Assembly (NCBI GenBank): GCA_964493325.1 | Contig: CAZBMD010000005.1 | Span: 779 to 64,778 of the forward strand | Length of the DNA stretch: 64,000 nucleotides | Direction: 5' to 3' | Source of the DNA: an uncultured Pseudomonadota bacterium | GTDB taxonomy: Bacteria; Babelota; Babeliae; Babelales; RVW-14 | Shown: piece after piece, positions 28,585-38,063 of the stretch | How positions within the stretch are numbered: position 1 is the stretch's first letter | How the letters are laid out: each line of letters starts with the position of its first letter | Notes under the pieces: generated by a model | The model's database searches: none | What the model saw: only the letters and a program-made list of their open reading frames with translations | What the model was told of the DNA's origin: nothing | Program-made: the position numbers and the translations under genes

Positions 28585-30021
28585 ATGAAAGTTTACTTAT
28601 CTCACCTTTCCTTAATCCTAACAGGAAGCATCTTAACTCTCACGCTACAGGTACAGAGCTCAGCTCACTCTATGTTGCAAAAGCCTATTTTTGTTCGACA
28701 AAACAATTCTCTCTGCAATCAAGAATTAATTACTCAAAAAAACCGCATGCCAAAAATTAAAGCTGCCTTAGAAATTCTTCTCAACCAACAACTCAACGAT
28801 AACCAAGTTCCACGAATTGCAATTGCAGGAAGTGGAGGCGGCTATCGATCAATGATTGCGACACTTGGAGGCATGCTCGGACTTGAAAAAACCGGAATAC
28901 TTAATACCTGTATGTATTTTTCAACAATATCTGGATCAACATGGATGAACGCACCAATGCTGGCTCGAGATGAATCACTTTCCACTTTTCGATCATTTCT
29001 CAAAGAACAAACAACTAAAAATCTGTATATCAAAGATTTTGACCTGAGCACAATTACCTCTTCGATTATCAAAAAAGCATCATACAACCAGTACGTCAAT
29101 CTTGCCGATCTCTGGGGAGGCTTGCTTGCCGACCTTCTGCTTGAAGGGCTTCCAAATCAAGGACAAGATGTTTTTCTTTCATCGCTCGCACCAAAAATTC
29201 AATCAGGAAATCACCCTATACCACTTTTTTCTTCGATCATAGATAATACAAAACCATATACTTGGGTTGAATTTTCACCATTCGAAATTGGCAGCCAAAC
29301 TATGAATGCCTGGATTCCAACCTGGGCCTTTGGAAAAAAATTCGAAAAAGGAACCAGTACAGATGCTGCCCCTGAAGTTAATTTAGGATTTTTACTCGGC
29401 ATGTGGGGATCAGCCTACGCCTCTAATTTTAGAGATATTTTAAAAGAAATTTTTACAAAAATTGAAGAACTTGTCGCCCCTCCAAGCAAAGAAATTCGCT
29501 GCTGCGGCTGGATTTCAGATATTATAAACACAATTGGCGAAGGACAACTTCCCCCTCCAACCGTATTCAATCCAGTTCATGGGATGGCAAACCACCTCTA
29601 TGCAGACCGTCCAACCATATCACTCATCGATCCAGGCGTTTGCGTAAACATCGCCTTTCCACCTCTGCTGCGGAGAAGCATTGATATTTATATCGTCTTT
29701 GACTGTACCGATAATGCATTTTTTAACGAAATGCGTAATGTCCAAAAATATGCATCTGATAACGGATTTAAGCTTCCAGAAATTCCTCTTATCATTAACA
29801 CAGACTCTGTTTCAATTTTTGTCGATGACAAGGACCCATCTCTCCCAATAATCATTTACCTGCGTAATCAAGTTAATTATTCAACCTTTAAATATGAATA
29901 CACCAAACAAGAATTTGAAACACTCTGTACCCACATGCAAACAAAAATCGAACAAGCGCAGGATAAAATTGTGCAAGCAATTAAAAAATCAGTTGAAAAC
30001 AAAACCAAATTAATGCAATAA
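28585..30021 (+). CDS. Secreted cytosolic-phospholipase-A2-type lipase (PLA2_B / lysophospholipase catalytic domain), copy 1
   Basis: Signal-like N-terminus. 'AGSGGGYRSM' matches the cPLA2 G-G-G-x-R oxyanion/Arg motif. 'ISGSTW' matches the cPLA2 G-x-S-G-S-T-W nucleophile elbow. 'DPGVCVNIAFPPL' matches the D-x-G..N.P.P Asp motif. Confidence 0.8.
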   Translation: MKVYLSHLSLILTGSILTLTLQVQSSAHSMLQKPIFVRQNNSLCNQELITQKNRMPKIKAALEILLNQQLNDNQVPRIAIAGSGGGYRSMIATLGGMLGLEKTGILNTCMYFSTISGSTWMNAPMLARDESLSTFRSFLKEQTTKNLYIKDFDLSTITSSIIKKASYNQYVNLADLWGGLLADLLLEGLPNQGQDVFLSSLAPKIQSGNHPIPLFSSIIDNTKPYTWVEFSPFEIGSQTMNAWIPTWAFGKKFEKGTSTDAAPEVNLGFLLGMWGSAYASNFRDILKEIFTKIEELVAPPSKEIRCCGWISDIINTIGEGQLPPPTVFNPVHGMANHLYADRPTISLIDPGVCVNIAFPPLLRRSIDIYIVFDCTDNAFFNEMRNVQKYASDNGFKLPEIPLIINTDSVSIFVDDKDPSLPIIIYLRNQVNYSTFKYEYTKQEFETLCTHMQTKIEQAQDKIVQAIKKSVENKTKLMQ

Positions 30022-30041
30022 AGCTTAAGGAGAGCGATTCT

Positions 30042-31685
30042 ATGAAAAAATTAATTTTAGGATTCTTGCTTCTTTCTACCATAGCCTTAGTCCAACCTCA
30101 ACAAGAATCACAAATTAAACCTCAAGAAAAAGCAAAAGAAGGAAAACTTAGCCTTATTCAAAAGGCATTATTTTCAGCTCTCCATTTACCTCAACTAACA
30201 AAAATAGATCCTATTTTTCTTCGCAAAGGAACTGATTTATGTGAAGAAGAAAAAGAATCAATTAAAATACGTCAAAAAACAACCCATAAAGCACTTCAAA
30301 AATTACTCAATGACCAAACACTAGATGAAGACTCAATGCCATCCATTGGGATTGTTTCAAGCGGAGGTGGCGAAAGAGCTATGATTTCAACGATTGGCCT
30401 TCTTGCAGGATTGCAGCAAAACGGCATTGTTGACTGTTGCCAATATATATCCACGCTCTCAGGATCAACATGGGCAATTCTCTCATGGATTTTTCACGAT
30501 ATATCACTACTAGAATTAGGAAAATTTCTAAGAAAAAATCAGATCACAAAAACAGTTAATCTTACTAAACAAGATTATGAAGCAACAGTTCATCGTCTTT
30601 TAGAAAAAATGGCATATGATCAACCCATTAGTTTTGGTGACCTTTGGGGCGCTTTTTTAACATCGCTTCTTTTTTCAGACCTACCAAATCGCGGCCACTC
30701 ATTAAAAATTTCTTCAATTCAAGGAAAAATTTTAGAGGGAAATTATCCTATGCCTATTTTCACCTGCATAGAAAATGATTCAGGGCAATTTGCAGAGTGG
30801 ATAGAAGTTTCACCCTTTGAAGCTGGATCAAAATATTTTAAAGCGTGGTGTCCATTATCTGCTTTTGGCAAAAAATTTGTAAAAGGCCAGACCACAGATC
30901 CTGCCCCAGAACAATCACTTGGCTTTTTTATCAGTGTCTTCGGATCTGCATACGCGGTTACATTTCACAGAATTCTTTTTGAAATATATTGGCAGCTAAA
31001 AGCTTCGTTGCAAGCTCGTCTCGATAAACTTCCTCTCCCTAAAACGATCACAAATAATTTGAGTTCATTTATCCTTAGAAATTTTGATAAATTTCTCAAT
31101 TCCGATAAATCTGATTTCACTAAGGATATTCAATTTTCACCACCAGAAGTAAGAAACCTAACGTACAAAATGTCTGGGTATCCTCTTGAAAAAAGTAAAT
31201 TTCTTCAACTTTTTGATGCCGGCATTGATTTTAATCTGCCTTTTCCACCACTCATGAGACGCGGTGTTGATGTTATGATTGTTTGTGATGCTTCATCCAA
31301 TATTAATGATGGACCAGACCATGCCATGCGGGGCGCAATGGCGTATGCCAAGCGCAAAGGGTATTCATTTCCCCAAATAGATTTTACCAATATCGATAAA
31401 AAAAGAGTAAACCTGTTCTACGATGAAAACGATAGTAGAGCTCCAATAATCGTCTATTGCCCCAATCTTAAACCATTTCCCACGCTGAAATTTACATACA
31501 CTGATAAAGAATTTAAAAATCTTGAAACATTCATGCGTGAATCAGGAGTACAAGCAAAAGACACTATCATACAGGCAATTAAAATTGCAATGCAAAATAA
31601 ACAGGCTAACAACTCTATTGATAGTAATGATCTGAGTAAAATATTAGACCAACTTGATGAAGATTACATATCAAAAGGAATGTGA
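30042..31685 (+). CDS. Secreted cPLA2-type lipase (PLA2_B), copy 2
   Basis: 'SSGGGERAM', 'LSGSTW', 'FDAGIDFNLPFPPLMRRGVDVMIVCDAS'. Confidence 0.82.
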   Translation: MKKLILGFLLLSTIALVQPQQESQIKPQEKAKEGKLSLIQKALFSALHLPQLTKIDPIFLRKGTDLCEEEKESIKIRQKTTHKALQKLLNDQTLDEDSMPSIGIVSSGGGERAMISTIGLLAGLQQNGIVDCCQYISTLSGSTWAILSWIFHDISLLELGKFLRKNQITKTVNLTKQDYEATVHRLLEKMAYDQPISFGDLWGAFLTSLLFSDLPNRGHSLKISSIQGKILEGNYPMPIFTCIENDSGQFAEWIEVSPFEAGSKYFKAWCPLSAFGKKFVKGQTTDPAPEQSLGFFISVFGSAYAVTFHRILFEIYWQLKASLQARLDKLPLPKTITNNLSSFILRNFDKFLNSDKSDFTKDIQFSPPEVRNLTYKMSGYPLEKSKFLQLFDAGIDFNLPFPPLMRRGVDVMIVCDASSNINDGPDHAMRGAMAYAKRKGYSFPQIDFTNIDKKRVNLFYDENDSRAPIIVYCPNLKPFPTLKFTYTDKEFKNLETFMRESGVQAKDTIIQAIKIAMQNKQANNSIDSNDLSKILDQLDEDYISKGM

Positions 31686-31687
31686 TC

Positions 31688-33316
31688 ATGGTGATAAAAA
31701 TTTCGGGGCTCATCCTTCTTGCAACAATCAGTTTGATACAAGCACAAACGTCATCACCAGTTGATACACATAATAAACAAGGCTCTAACCACCTTGACCT
31801 AATCAAACAAGCAATAGTCTCCACCCTCCATCTCTCTCAACCAAAAAAAATTGATCCTATCTTTTTACGAACCGGCAATGATTTATGTAAAGAAGAAAAA
31901 AATAGTATCGCAGGACGTCAACCTAAAATTCATCGAGCTCTTGAACAATTATTAAGTCAACGGTTAGACAAAGAATCAATCCCTAAAATAGGAATAGTTA
32001 CAAGTGGTGGCGGCGCTCGCGCAATGATATCAACAATAGGACTTCTCGAAGGACTATCTCAAACGGGCGTCCTTGATTGTTGTGAGTATATATCATCACT
32101 TTCAGGATCAACATGGGGCATTCTGGTATGGCTTTTTCAGGGAATCTCTCCTCTGGAATTAGGAAAGTTCTTAAGAGAAAAAAATATTACAAAAAAAATC
32201 AAACTCACAGATACTGATTATGCAGCAACCATAAATAGAATTTTAGCCAAAATTGCGTATGACCAACCAATAAACTTTGGTGATATTTTTGGAACTTTTT
32301 TAACAGCGCTTTTTTTCTCCAATCTACCAGATAGAGGACATTCGTTAAAACTTTCATCGATACAAGAAAAAATATTACGCGGAAACTTTCCTTTTCCTAT
32401 TTTTGCCAGCATTAAAAACAATGGCAATGCTTACGAATGGTTTGAAGTATCTCCCTTTGAAGCGGGATCTGACTTTTTAAACATCTGGTGTCCAATTACA
32501 GCTTTTGGAAAAAAATTTAAAAACGGACAAAGCACCGATGCTGCCCCAGAACAGCCGCTTGGATTTTTTTTAAGTATGTTTGGATCTGCCTATGCTGTAC
32601 CATTTTATGAAATTCTCTTTGGCGTGTATCAAGAACTGAAAAACTCATTACAAGCCCAGCTTGCAAAACTGCCATTACCTCACATTGTGACAAAAACTCT
32701 TACAGACATGATATTAAAAAATTTCGATAAATTTCTTAATTCAGATAAATCTAATTTTACCAGGGACCTTCAATTTTCTCCGCCAGAAGTAAAAAACCTT
32801 AGTTACAAAATACCTGGATTGCCTTTTGAAAAAGAAAAATACATTCAACTTTTTGATGCTGGAATCGATTTTAACTTGTCGTTTCCATCGCTTATGAGAC
32901 GAGGCGTTGAGCTCATGATTGTAACAGACGCATCAGCCAGCATTAGCCTTGGCCTAAAAGGTGCAAGCAATTACGCCAAACGGAAAGGGTATGCATTTCC
33001 TCCAATCAATTTCACCGACATCGACAAGAAAAGAGTTAGCTTATTTTATGATGAAAACGATAGCAGTGCACCGGTAATCGTCTATTGCCCCAACCTCAAA
33101 CCATTTCCTACGCTGAAATTTACGTACACTGATCAAGAATTTAAAGATCTTGAAACATTCATGCGCGAATCAGGAGTACAAGCCAAAGACACTATCATAC
33201 AGGCAATCAAAATTGCGATGCGGAATAAACAAGTTAACAGCTCTATTGATAGTAATACGCTAAGTAAAATATTAGACCAACTTGATGCAGATTACACAAA
33301 TAAGCCTTTAAAATAA
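31688..33316 (+). CDS. Secreted cPLA2-type lipase (PLA2_B), copy 3
   Basis: 'TSGGGARAM', 'LSGSTW', 'FDAGIDFNLSFPSLMRRGVELMIVTDAS'. It looks closely similar to copy 2 by eye. I prefer ATG 31688, with AAGGAA 7 nt upstream, over the track's GTG 31682. Confidence 0.82.
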   Translation: MVIKISGLILLATISLIQAQTSSPVDTHNKQGSNHLDLIKQAIVSTLHLSQPKKIDPIFLRTGNDLCKEEKNSIAGRQPKIHRALEQLLSQRLDKESIPKIGIVTSGGGARAMISTIGLLEGLSQTGVLDCCEYISSLSGSTWGILVWLFQGISPLELGKFLREKNITKKIKLTDTDYAATINRILAKIAYDQPINFGDIFGTFLTALFFSNLPDRGHSLKLSSIQEKILRGNFPFPIFASIKNNGNAYEWFEVSPFEAGSDFLNIWCPITAFGKKFKNGQSTDAAPEQPLGFFLSMFGSAYAVPFYEILFGVYQELKNSLQAQLAKLPLPHIVTKTLTDMILKNFDKFLNSDKSNFTRDLQFSPPEVKNLSYKIPGLPFEKEKYIQLFDAGIDFNLSFPSLMRRGVELMIVTDASASISLGLKGASNYAKRKGYAFPPINFTDIDKKRVSLFYDENDSSAPVIVYCPNLKPFPTLKFTYTDQEFKDLETFMRESGVQAKDTIIQAIKIAMRNKQVNSSIDSNTLSKILDQLDADYTNKPLK

Positions 33317-33373
33317 GTCACTTTGCTCATCAAGTTTTTCACCAAAAATTTTACGCTAAGAAAGAATATCGTT

Positions 33374-34498
33374 ATGATCATTAGATACTTATTATTGTTC
33401 TTCATAACATGCATAGCTCACAGTAGTTCGTTAGATAGAAAACCGGTGCAACAGAAACAAATAGAACAAGACAACCAATCAAATATCACAAAAACCGATA
33501 AAAAATCTTTTTACTCTCGCAGTCTAAACTCATTATATCAGACATATTCAACATTTAAGCAGTCAACAGTAAACCTTGCAATGCTAACTGCATTACCTAT
33601 AATATTCTTCTCAATACAATGCATCACCCCTTTAATATCGACAACTGCCCATGAATCTGGACATGCTGTCCTTCTGAAAGCACAAGGAATAGATATAGAA
33701 AGTATCAACATAGGTGACAATAAGATTGAGGAATTCGAGCTTTTTCGTTTTTTTCCTCACAACAAAAAGTTATTTTCATTTTGGAAATTCAATTTTTTCG
33801 ACCATTTTACCAGTCATTATAGAGATTTTGGAATTGTCGGTGGTTTTTTAACACCATTGATGATCCCTGGGTCAGTCATCCCTAACGGAGAACCTTCTAA
33901 CAAATTATTAAAAGGCGCAACCGCCTTGGCGGGGCCTTTTGCCGGTATGGCTGTGCTATACGGACTACAATCATTGGTGATAGGATATACCAAATATCGT
34001 AATAATAAAAATTTTAAAGAAGCTTTTTTAAGCGGCATAAAAAATGGATTTAATCCATATGCTTCAATTGTCAATAACAATAATATGTCTACCCTAAAAA
34101 AACTAAGCTTATTATACTTTTTTCTTAGATCTAATAATGAGATAGTGGGTAACCTGATGCAATTATCACCCTTCCCTGGCTCTGACGGATACCAATTCGT
34201 AACTGAAGTATTAGGCATGAAAATAAAGGAGGAATTAATGGAAAAAATAATGGCTAGCAGTCAAATACTTGCAATTGCCGCATTAAATCTTCTTTTTATA
34301 AAGTTTATATATCACACTTGTCAAGTAATACTCCAATCAAAACTAATACCTGATAAATATACACTTCAATTAACTCAGTTCATGCGTAGATTGCATCTTA
34401 TATCTCACCAAGATGCCACTGCTACCTCAAAGCAACCAATTACTCCTACGACGCTCACCAAAGAAGCGATATTAGAACAAATCCCGTTGATTAGCTGA
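33374..34498 (+). CDS. Multi-pass membrane zinc metalloprotease, M50 (site-2-protease)-like
   Basis: 'TAHESGHAVLL' (HExxH in a hydrophobic segment) plus a later 'GNLMQLSPFPGSDGYQF', which resembles the M50 N-x-x-P-x-x-P-x-D-G motif. The start is uncertain: ATG 33374 or TTG 33323. Confidence 0.55.
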   Translation: MIIRYLLLFFITCIAHSSSLDRKPVQQKQIEQDNQSNITKTDKKSFYSRSLNSLYQTYSTFKQSTVNLAMLTALPIIFFSIQCITPLISTTAHESGHAVLLKAQGIDIESINIGDNKIEEFELFRFFPHNKKLFSFWKFNFFDHFTSHYRDFGIVGGFLTPLMIPGSVIPNGEPSNKLLKGATALAGPFAGMAVLYGLQSLVIGYTKYRNNKNFKEAFLSGIKNGFNPYASIVNNNNMSTLKKLSLLYFFLRSNNEIVGNLMQLSPFPGSDGYQFVTEVLGMKIKEELMEKIMASSQILAIAALNLLFIKFIYHTCQVILQSKLIPDKYTLQLTQFMRRLHLISHQDATATSKQPITPTTLTKEAILEQIPLIS

Positions 34499-35509
34499 AT
34501 TACTATCTCCAAAAAGCTTACGCTTCAACTGCTGCATTTTCTTTGGTGGAATAACACGGCCACGAGCAGTCTTTTGAATAAGCCCTTGACGAATCAGAAA
34601 GGGCTCACAAACCTCTTCGAGCGTTTCACGATCCTCACCCGTCATGGCAGCAAGCGTCTCAATCCCCACGGGCCCGCCATCAAAATCTTTAATCATATGA
34701 GCAAGTACAACGCGATCAAGTTTGTTAAGACCATCCTCGTCAATATCCAAAAAGTTTAATGCTTGATCAACTACAGAAACATCAACAATAGTAAATTTAT
34801 GTACCTGAGCAAAATCTCGAACACGACGCAAAATACGTTTAACAATACGAGGCGTCCCTCGAGCACGACGGCCAATTGCAAAAGCAGCTTCGGGCAAAAG
34901 TGGTAACCCCAAAAACTGAGCATTTTGCATGACAATTGCCGACAACTCGTCTGGTTCATAAAAATTAAGGCGCTCAACAATCCCAAATCGCGTCTGCAAT
35001 GGGCCAGAGATAAGCGATGTTTTAGTGGTTGCGCCAATTAAAGTAAAAGGATTAAGCGGCAATCGAATTGATTTTGCTCCAGCCCCTTGACCAATGATCA
35101 CATCGACACAAAAGTTTTCCATAGCTGAATAGAGCACTTCTTCAACATTTTTTGGTAAACGATGGATTTCGTCAATAAAAAGAATTTCTCGAGAACTCAA
35201 GCCAGAAAGAATTGCAACAAGGTCCCCCATACGCTCCAAAACCGGCGCGCTAGTAATTTTAATGTTCCCCTCAAGCTCTTTTGCCATAACGCGGGCAAGC
35301 GTTGTCTTGCCAAGCCCTGGAGGCCCAAATAACAAGAGGTGATCCAAGGGCTCATTGCGCATTCTGGCAGCAGTAACAAAAACCTTAAGCTTTTCTTTGA
35401 TCTCACGCTGCCCCAGATATTCATCAAAAGAATTGGGTTCAAATACCGGAATCCGATCTTCTGGAGTCTCTTGTAAACTTAATAATTCGATAGGTCCATC
35501 TAAATTCAT
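34472..35509 (-). CDS. ruvB: Holliday junction branch migration helicase RuvB
   Basis: 'LLFGPPGLGKTTLARVMA', 'ILFIDEIHRL', 'TLIGATT', 'RGTPRI'. The start is ATG 35509 or TTG 35536. The 3' end overlaps the convergent M50-like gene by 27 nt. Confidence 0.93.
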   Translation of the reverse strand: MNLDGPIELLSLQETPEDRIPVFEPNSFDEYLGQREIKEKLKVFVTAARMRNEPLDHLLLFGPPGLGKTTLARVMAKELEGNIKITSAPVLERMGDLVAILSGLSSREILFIDEIHRLPKNVEEVLYSAMENFCVDVIIGQGAGAKSIRLPLNPFTLIGATTKTSLISGPLQTRFGIVERLNFYEPDELSAIVMQNAQFLGLPLLPEAAFAIGRRARGTPRIVKRILRRVRDFAQVHKFTIVDVSVVDQALNFLDIDEDGLNKLDRVVLAHMIKDFDGGPVGIETLAAMTGEDRETLEEVCEPFLIRQGLIQKTARGRVIPPKKMQQLKRKLFGDSNSANQRDLF

Positions 35510-35625
35510 CGTGCTCACTTTCTGTTTTTCTAACAACCATCCGAAAGTTTATCATAAAAATCTTTCTGGTAACACTAGACAGATAAGAAGGCTTGAATTA
35601 ATCTATTGAATGTCTTTTTTTAGAT

Positions 35626-35701
35626 GGGTTGCTAGCTCAATTGGTAGAGCAACAGACTCTTAATCTGCAGGTTCAGGGTTCGAGTCCCTGGCGACCCACC
35701 A
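35626..35701 (+). tRNA. tRNA-Lys (anticodon CUU), CCA encoded
   Basis: Manual fold. Acceptor GGGTTGC/GCGACCC, D arm GCTC..GAGC, anticodon loop CT-CTT-AA, T arm CAGGG-TTCGAGT-CCCTG, 3' ACCA. Confidence 0.9.
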
Positions 35702-35768
35702 TTCGCCCTTGCTTTTATTAAGCTATGGCGAGAACTTATCGAAAAAAATTATTTCTTAGAGCAAGCTT

Positions 35769-35855
35769 GCAAGAGTGGCGGAATTGGTAGACGCACTGGC
35801 CTTAGGAGCCAGCCCTCGAAAGAGGATGGGGGTTCGAGTCCCCCCTCTTGCACCA
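35769..35855 (+). tRNA. tRNA-Leu (anticodon UAG), class II with a long variable arm, CCA encoded
   Basis: Manual fold. Acceptor GCAAGAG/CTCTTGC, anticodon stem CTGGC/GCCAG with loop CT-TAG-GA, variable arm CCTC-GAAA-GAGG, T arm GGGGG-TTCGAGT-CCCCC, 3' ACCA. Confidence 0.9.
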
Positions 35856-36003
35856 AGTTTCTTATTCTGAAAACTTGACCTCTTCCCATATTTCATTCTT
35901 ATACTAAACGCGACACATCTTTTTTTACACTCATGACAAATTTTCTTAACCTTGAGAAAAATACTCTCCTCAATAATTTTTTTATCAAAGGAAAGGAGTC
36001 CGC

Positions 36004-37386
36004 ATGTTACTAGATACGCTATCTAGCGTCGCACAAGACACTTTGGATGCAGAAGAATTTGGGCAAATTAATCGAGATCTTGAATCAACTTCAAGTGGCA
36101 ACGGAGTCCATCTTTCCTTTTTAATATCACCGATATCATCACATCTTCTTACCGTAACCATTGATATTAACCATGAATTGATCAAGCAAATTCATAAATG
36201 CACGCTTGAATTATTTGGACAAAACCGCCTCGACGGACTTGATAACTTCATGATTCCAGCAGAATATTTACTCGAACACTTTAAAAATGAAATCGAAAGT
36301 AAAATAAAAAATATTTTTTTTCGGATTATCGTTCTGGATTATTTAACGGAACAACTTATTAGACGCAAAATCCTTATCGCTAACTACCCGCGCCTTGTAC
36401 GCATCGACAACAATCCTCCCGAAGCTATTTCTTATCACTTTGACATCTCCACAGCCGATCAGATCGAGCTCAAAGAATGGAAACATTTTGCGTTCAAATC
36501 TCCCAAACGGAAAAAATACAAAGATCTTGATAAACAAGTAGTATATTTTCTTGATGCCGAAGCTATCCTTTCAAAAAAACAAAACCACAATGTCATAGAA
36601 GAAAACGACTGGGTCTGCTTTACTGCGATGCCTGTTGATGCACAGCACTCACCAATTGCTTCATCGATGTTCAGCTCTTTTTGGTGCCGCGTCAAAACCA
36701 AAGATGTGCCTAGCCACTTTTCATCACTCTTTTTAAATAAAACCCAAGGCGACCATTTTGTTACCAACGCGTTTGAACTTGACGACTCTATTGGGGAGTA
36801 CGACCAAAAACAATTCAACTTTCTGATAACAATCAAAGCAATCACCAAGGGCATGACGCTCAACCTTGATCACTTCAAGGGATTATTCAAATTGAAAAAT
36901 AAAATAGAAATTCACAATAAACTGATGGAAGTTTTTTCCTATCGCAACGATATATCCCAACGCAAGACAATCATTGAAGAGGTGTTCCATCTCTTTCTTG
37001 CTAAACACCGATTTGAAGTGCCCAAACACCTTGTATTACGACGCCAGGAGGACATTTTACTTGCCCTTATGAAGCAACCAGACTATCAGGTCTACAAAAT
37101 GCAAAAAGACTTTGGTGAACAAATAGAACTACTCGCAGAAAAACAACTTAAGGAAGAAATTATTATCGATCAGATAGCATATCAAGAAAACATTGAATGC
37201 AGCACACGTGATATTCAGCAATATCTACACCTTTTTAATAATAAACGCCTACGAGAATTCGTCTATTTTAGGCCTATTTTAGAGCGAATTGATACTACTG
37301 ATCGACCAATAAATGCTTGTATTCTAGGTCAAGCTGTTACGCGAGAAAAAACTCTTAACCATATGATCCTTCAACTTTCTCAGTAG
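36004..37386 (+). CDS. Trigger-factor-like chaperone (divergent)
   Basis: 460 aa, immediately downstream of tRNA-Leu. 'ELFGQNRLDGLDNFMIPAEYLLEHF' resembles the trigger factor N-domain 'V.IDGFRKGKVP...V...YG'. A degenerate FKBP-like middle region is present. 'FEVPKHLVLRRQEDIL' resembles the trigger factor C-domain 'F.LP..LV..E...L'. Confidence 0.5.
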   Translation: MLLDTLSSVAQDTLDAEEFGQINRDLESTSSGNGVHLSFLISPISSHLLTVTIDINHELIKQIHKCTLELFGQNRLDGLDNFMIPAEYLLEHFKNEIESKIKNIFFRIIVLDYLTEQLIRRKILIANYPRLVRIDNNPPEAISYHFDISTADQIELKEWKHFAFKSPKRKKYKDLDKQVVYFLDAEAILSKKQNHNVIEENDWVCFTAMPVDAQHSPIASSMFSSFWCRVKTKDVPSHFSSLFLNKTQGDHFVTNAFELDDSIGEYDQKQFNFLITIKAITKGMTLNLDHFKGLFKLKNKIEIHNKLMEVFSYRNDISQRKTIIEEVFHLFLAKHRFEVPKHLVLRRQEDILLALMKQPDYQVYKMQKDFGEQIELLAEKQLKEEIIIDQIAYQENIECSTRDIQQYLHLFNNKRLREFVYFRPILERIDTTDRPINACILGQAVTREKTLNHMILQLSQ

Positions 37387-37421
37387 GAACAGACGTTTGA
37401 ACCTTGCACTCATCTCATTTC

Positions 37422-37452
37422 TTGGCTAAACTAAAGACAATTACCTTATAAT
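37422..37452 (+). promoter_or_regulatory. Candidate sigma70-type promoter for rpmH
   Basis: TTGGCT (37422-27), a 19-nt spacer, then TATAAT (37447-52), about 64 nt upstream of the rpmH ATG. The spacer is long for a canonical promoter. Confidence 0.35.
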
Positions 37453-37515
37453 TTTGTCAACTTACAGCGTTCGTCTGGCCATGCCAGGAAATGAATATTG
37501 CAAACAGGAGCTACT

Positions 37516-37650
37516 ATGTCAGTAACCTACCAACCGAGTGTTATCAAACGTAAAAGAAAACACGGTTTTCGTAAAAGAATGGCCACCAAAGATGGTCGTA
37601 AAGTTATCAACAGACGCCGCAGCAAAGGTCGCAAGCGTCTTGCTGTCTAA
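37516..37650 (+). CDS. rpmH: 50S ribosomal protein L34
   Basis: Below the ORF-track size cutoff. My translation is [44 protein letters not shown], preceded by AACAGGAGCTACT. Confidence 0.95.
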   Translation: MSVTYQPSVIKRKRKHGFRKRMATKDGRKVINRRRSKGRKRLAV

Positions 37651-37655
37651 TTTAT

Positions 37656-37681
37656 CGTAGGCTTATTTTGATAAGCCTACG
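37656..37681 (+). promoter_or_regulatory. Stem-loop between rpmH and rnpA (possible attenuator or processing site)
   Basis: Perfect 11-bp stem cgtaggcttat-tttg-ataagcctacg. It starts 6 nt after the rpmH stop and ends 10 nt before the rnpA ATG. No U-tract follows it. Confidence 0.5.
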
Positions 37682-37691
37682 AACACTTCTC

Positions 37692-38063
37692 ATGAAAAAT
37701 TTCTCGACTCTTTTTCACTTTTCTCGTTCCGAAATTACTCGTTTTTTTTCTCGTGCTCAGCTCAAGAAAAAAACTGGCGGCTTACGTTTGCTCCAAGCGC
37801 AACCAGAAGCTCCTATTGAATTTGGAAAGCTTTTAATTGTAACACCACGAGCATCTGGCAACGCATGTCAGCGCAACCGCCTTCGTCGTAGGCTCAAGGC
37901 TATTTTTTACGAAAATCAGCTGTATCAGCACAAAGTTATCTCGGCAGTACTTGTCTACAAACAAGCACAGGATCTCTCTTTTGAGCAACTCACCAGTTTT
38001 TTAATGAAGCACATTCCATTAGTCACCTCTCCAGATCAATCTCATGATAAAGATAAAATCTAA
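37692..38063 (+). CDS. rnpA: Ribonuclease P protein component
   Basis: 'IVTPRASGNACQRNRLRRRLKAIF' is the RnpA RNR motif, and the gene has the conserved position after rpmH. I prefer ATG 37692 over the track's TTG 37668, which lies inside the hairpin. Confidence 0.8.
   Translation: MKNFSTLFHFSRSEITRFFSRAQLKKKTGGLRLLQAQPEAPIEFGKLLIVTPRASGNACQRNRLRRRLKAIFYENQLYQHKVISAVLVYKQAQDLSFEQLTSFLMKHIPLVTSPDQSHDKDKI

Noticed and set aside
28585-35855. A genomic island integrated next to the tRNA-Lys/tRNA-Leu genes, made of the lipase triplet and the M50-like gene.
   Set aside because: No integrase, no direct repeat of a tRNA 3' end and no obvious compositional break are visible. The core gene ruvB lies between the candidate island and the tRNAs.
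37387-37515. Possible chromosomal replication origin, because rpmH-rnpA is classically oriC/dnaA-proximal.
   Set aside because: There is no dnaA gene and I saw no cluster of DnaA boxes. The only exact TTATCCACA I noticed is a lone copy inside the TolC-like gene at about 42714-42722. There is no AT-rich unwinding repeat array either.
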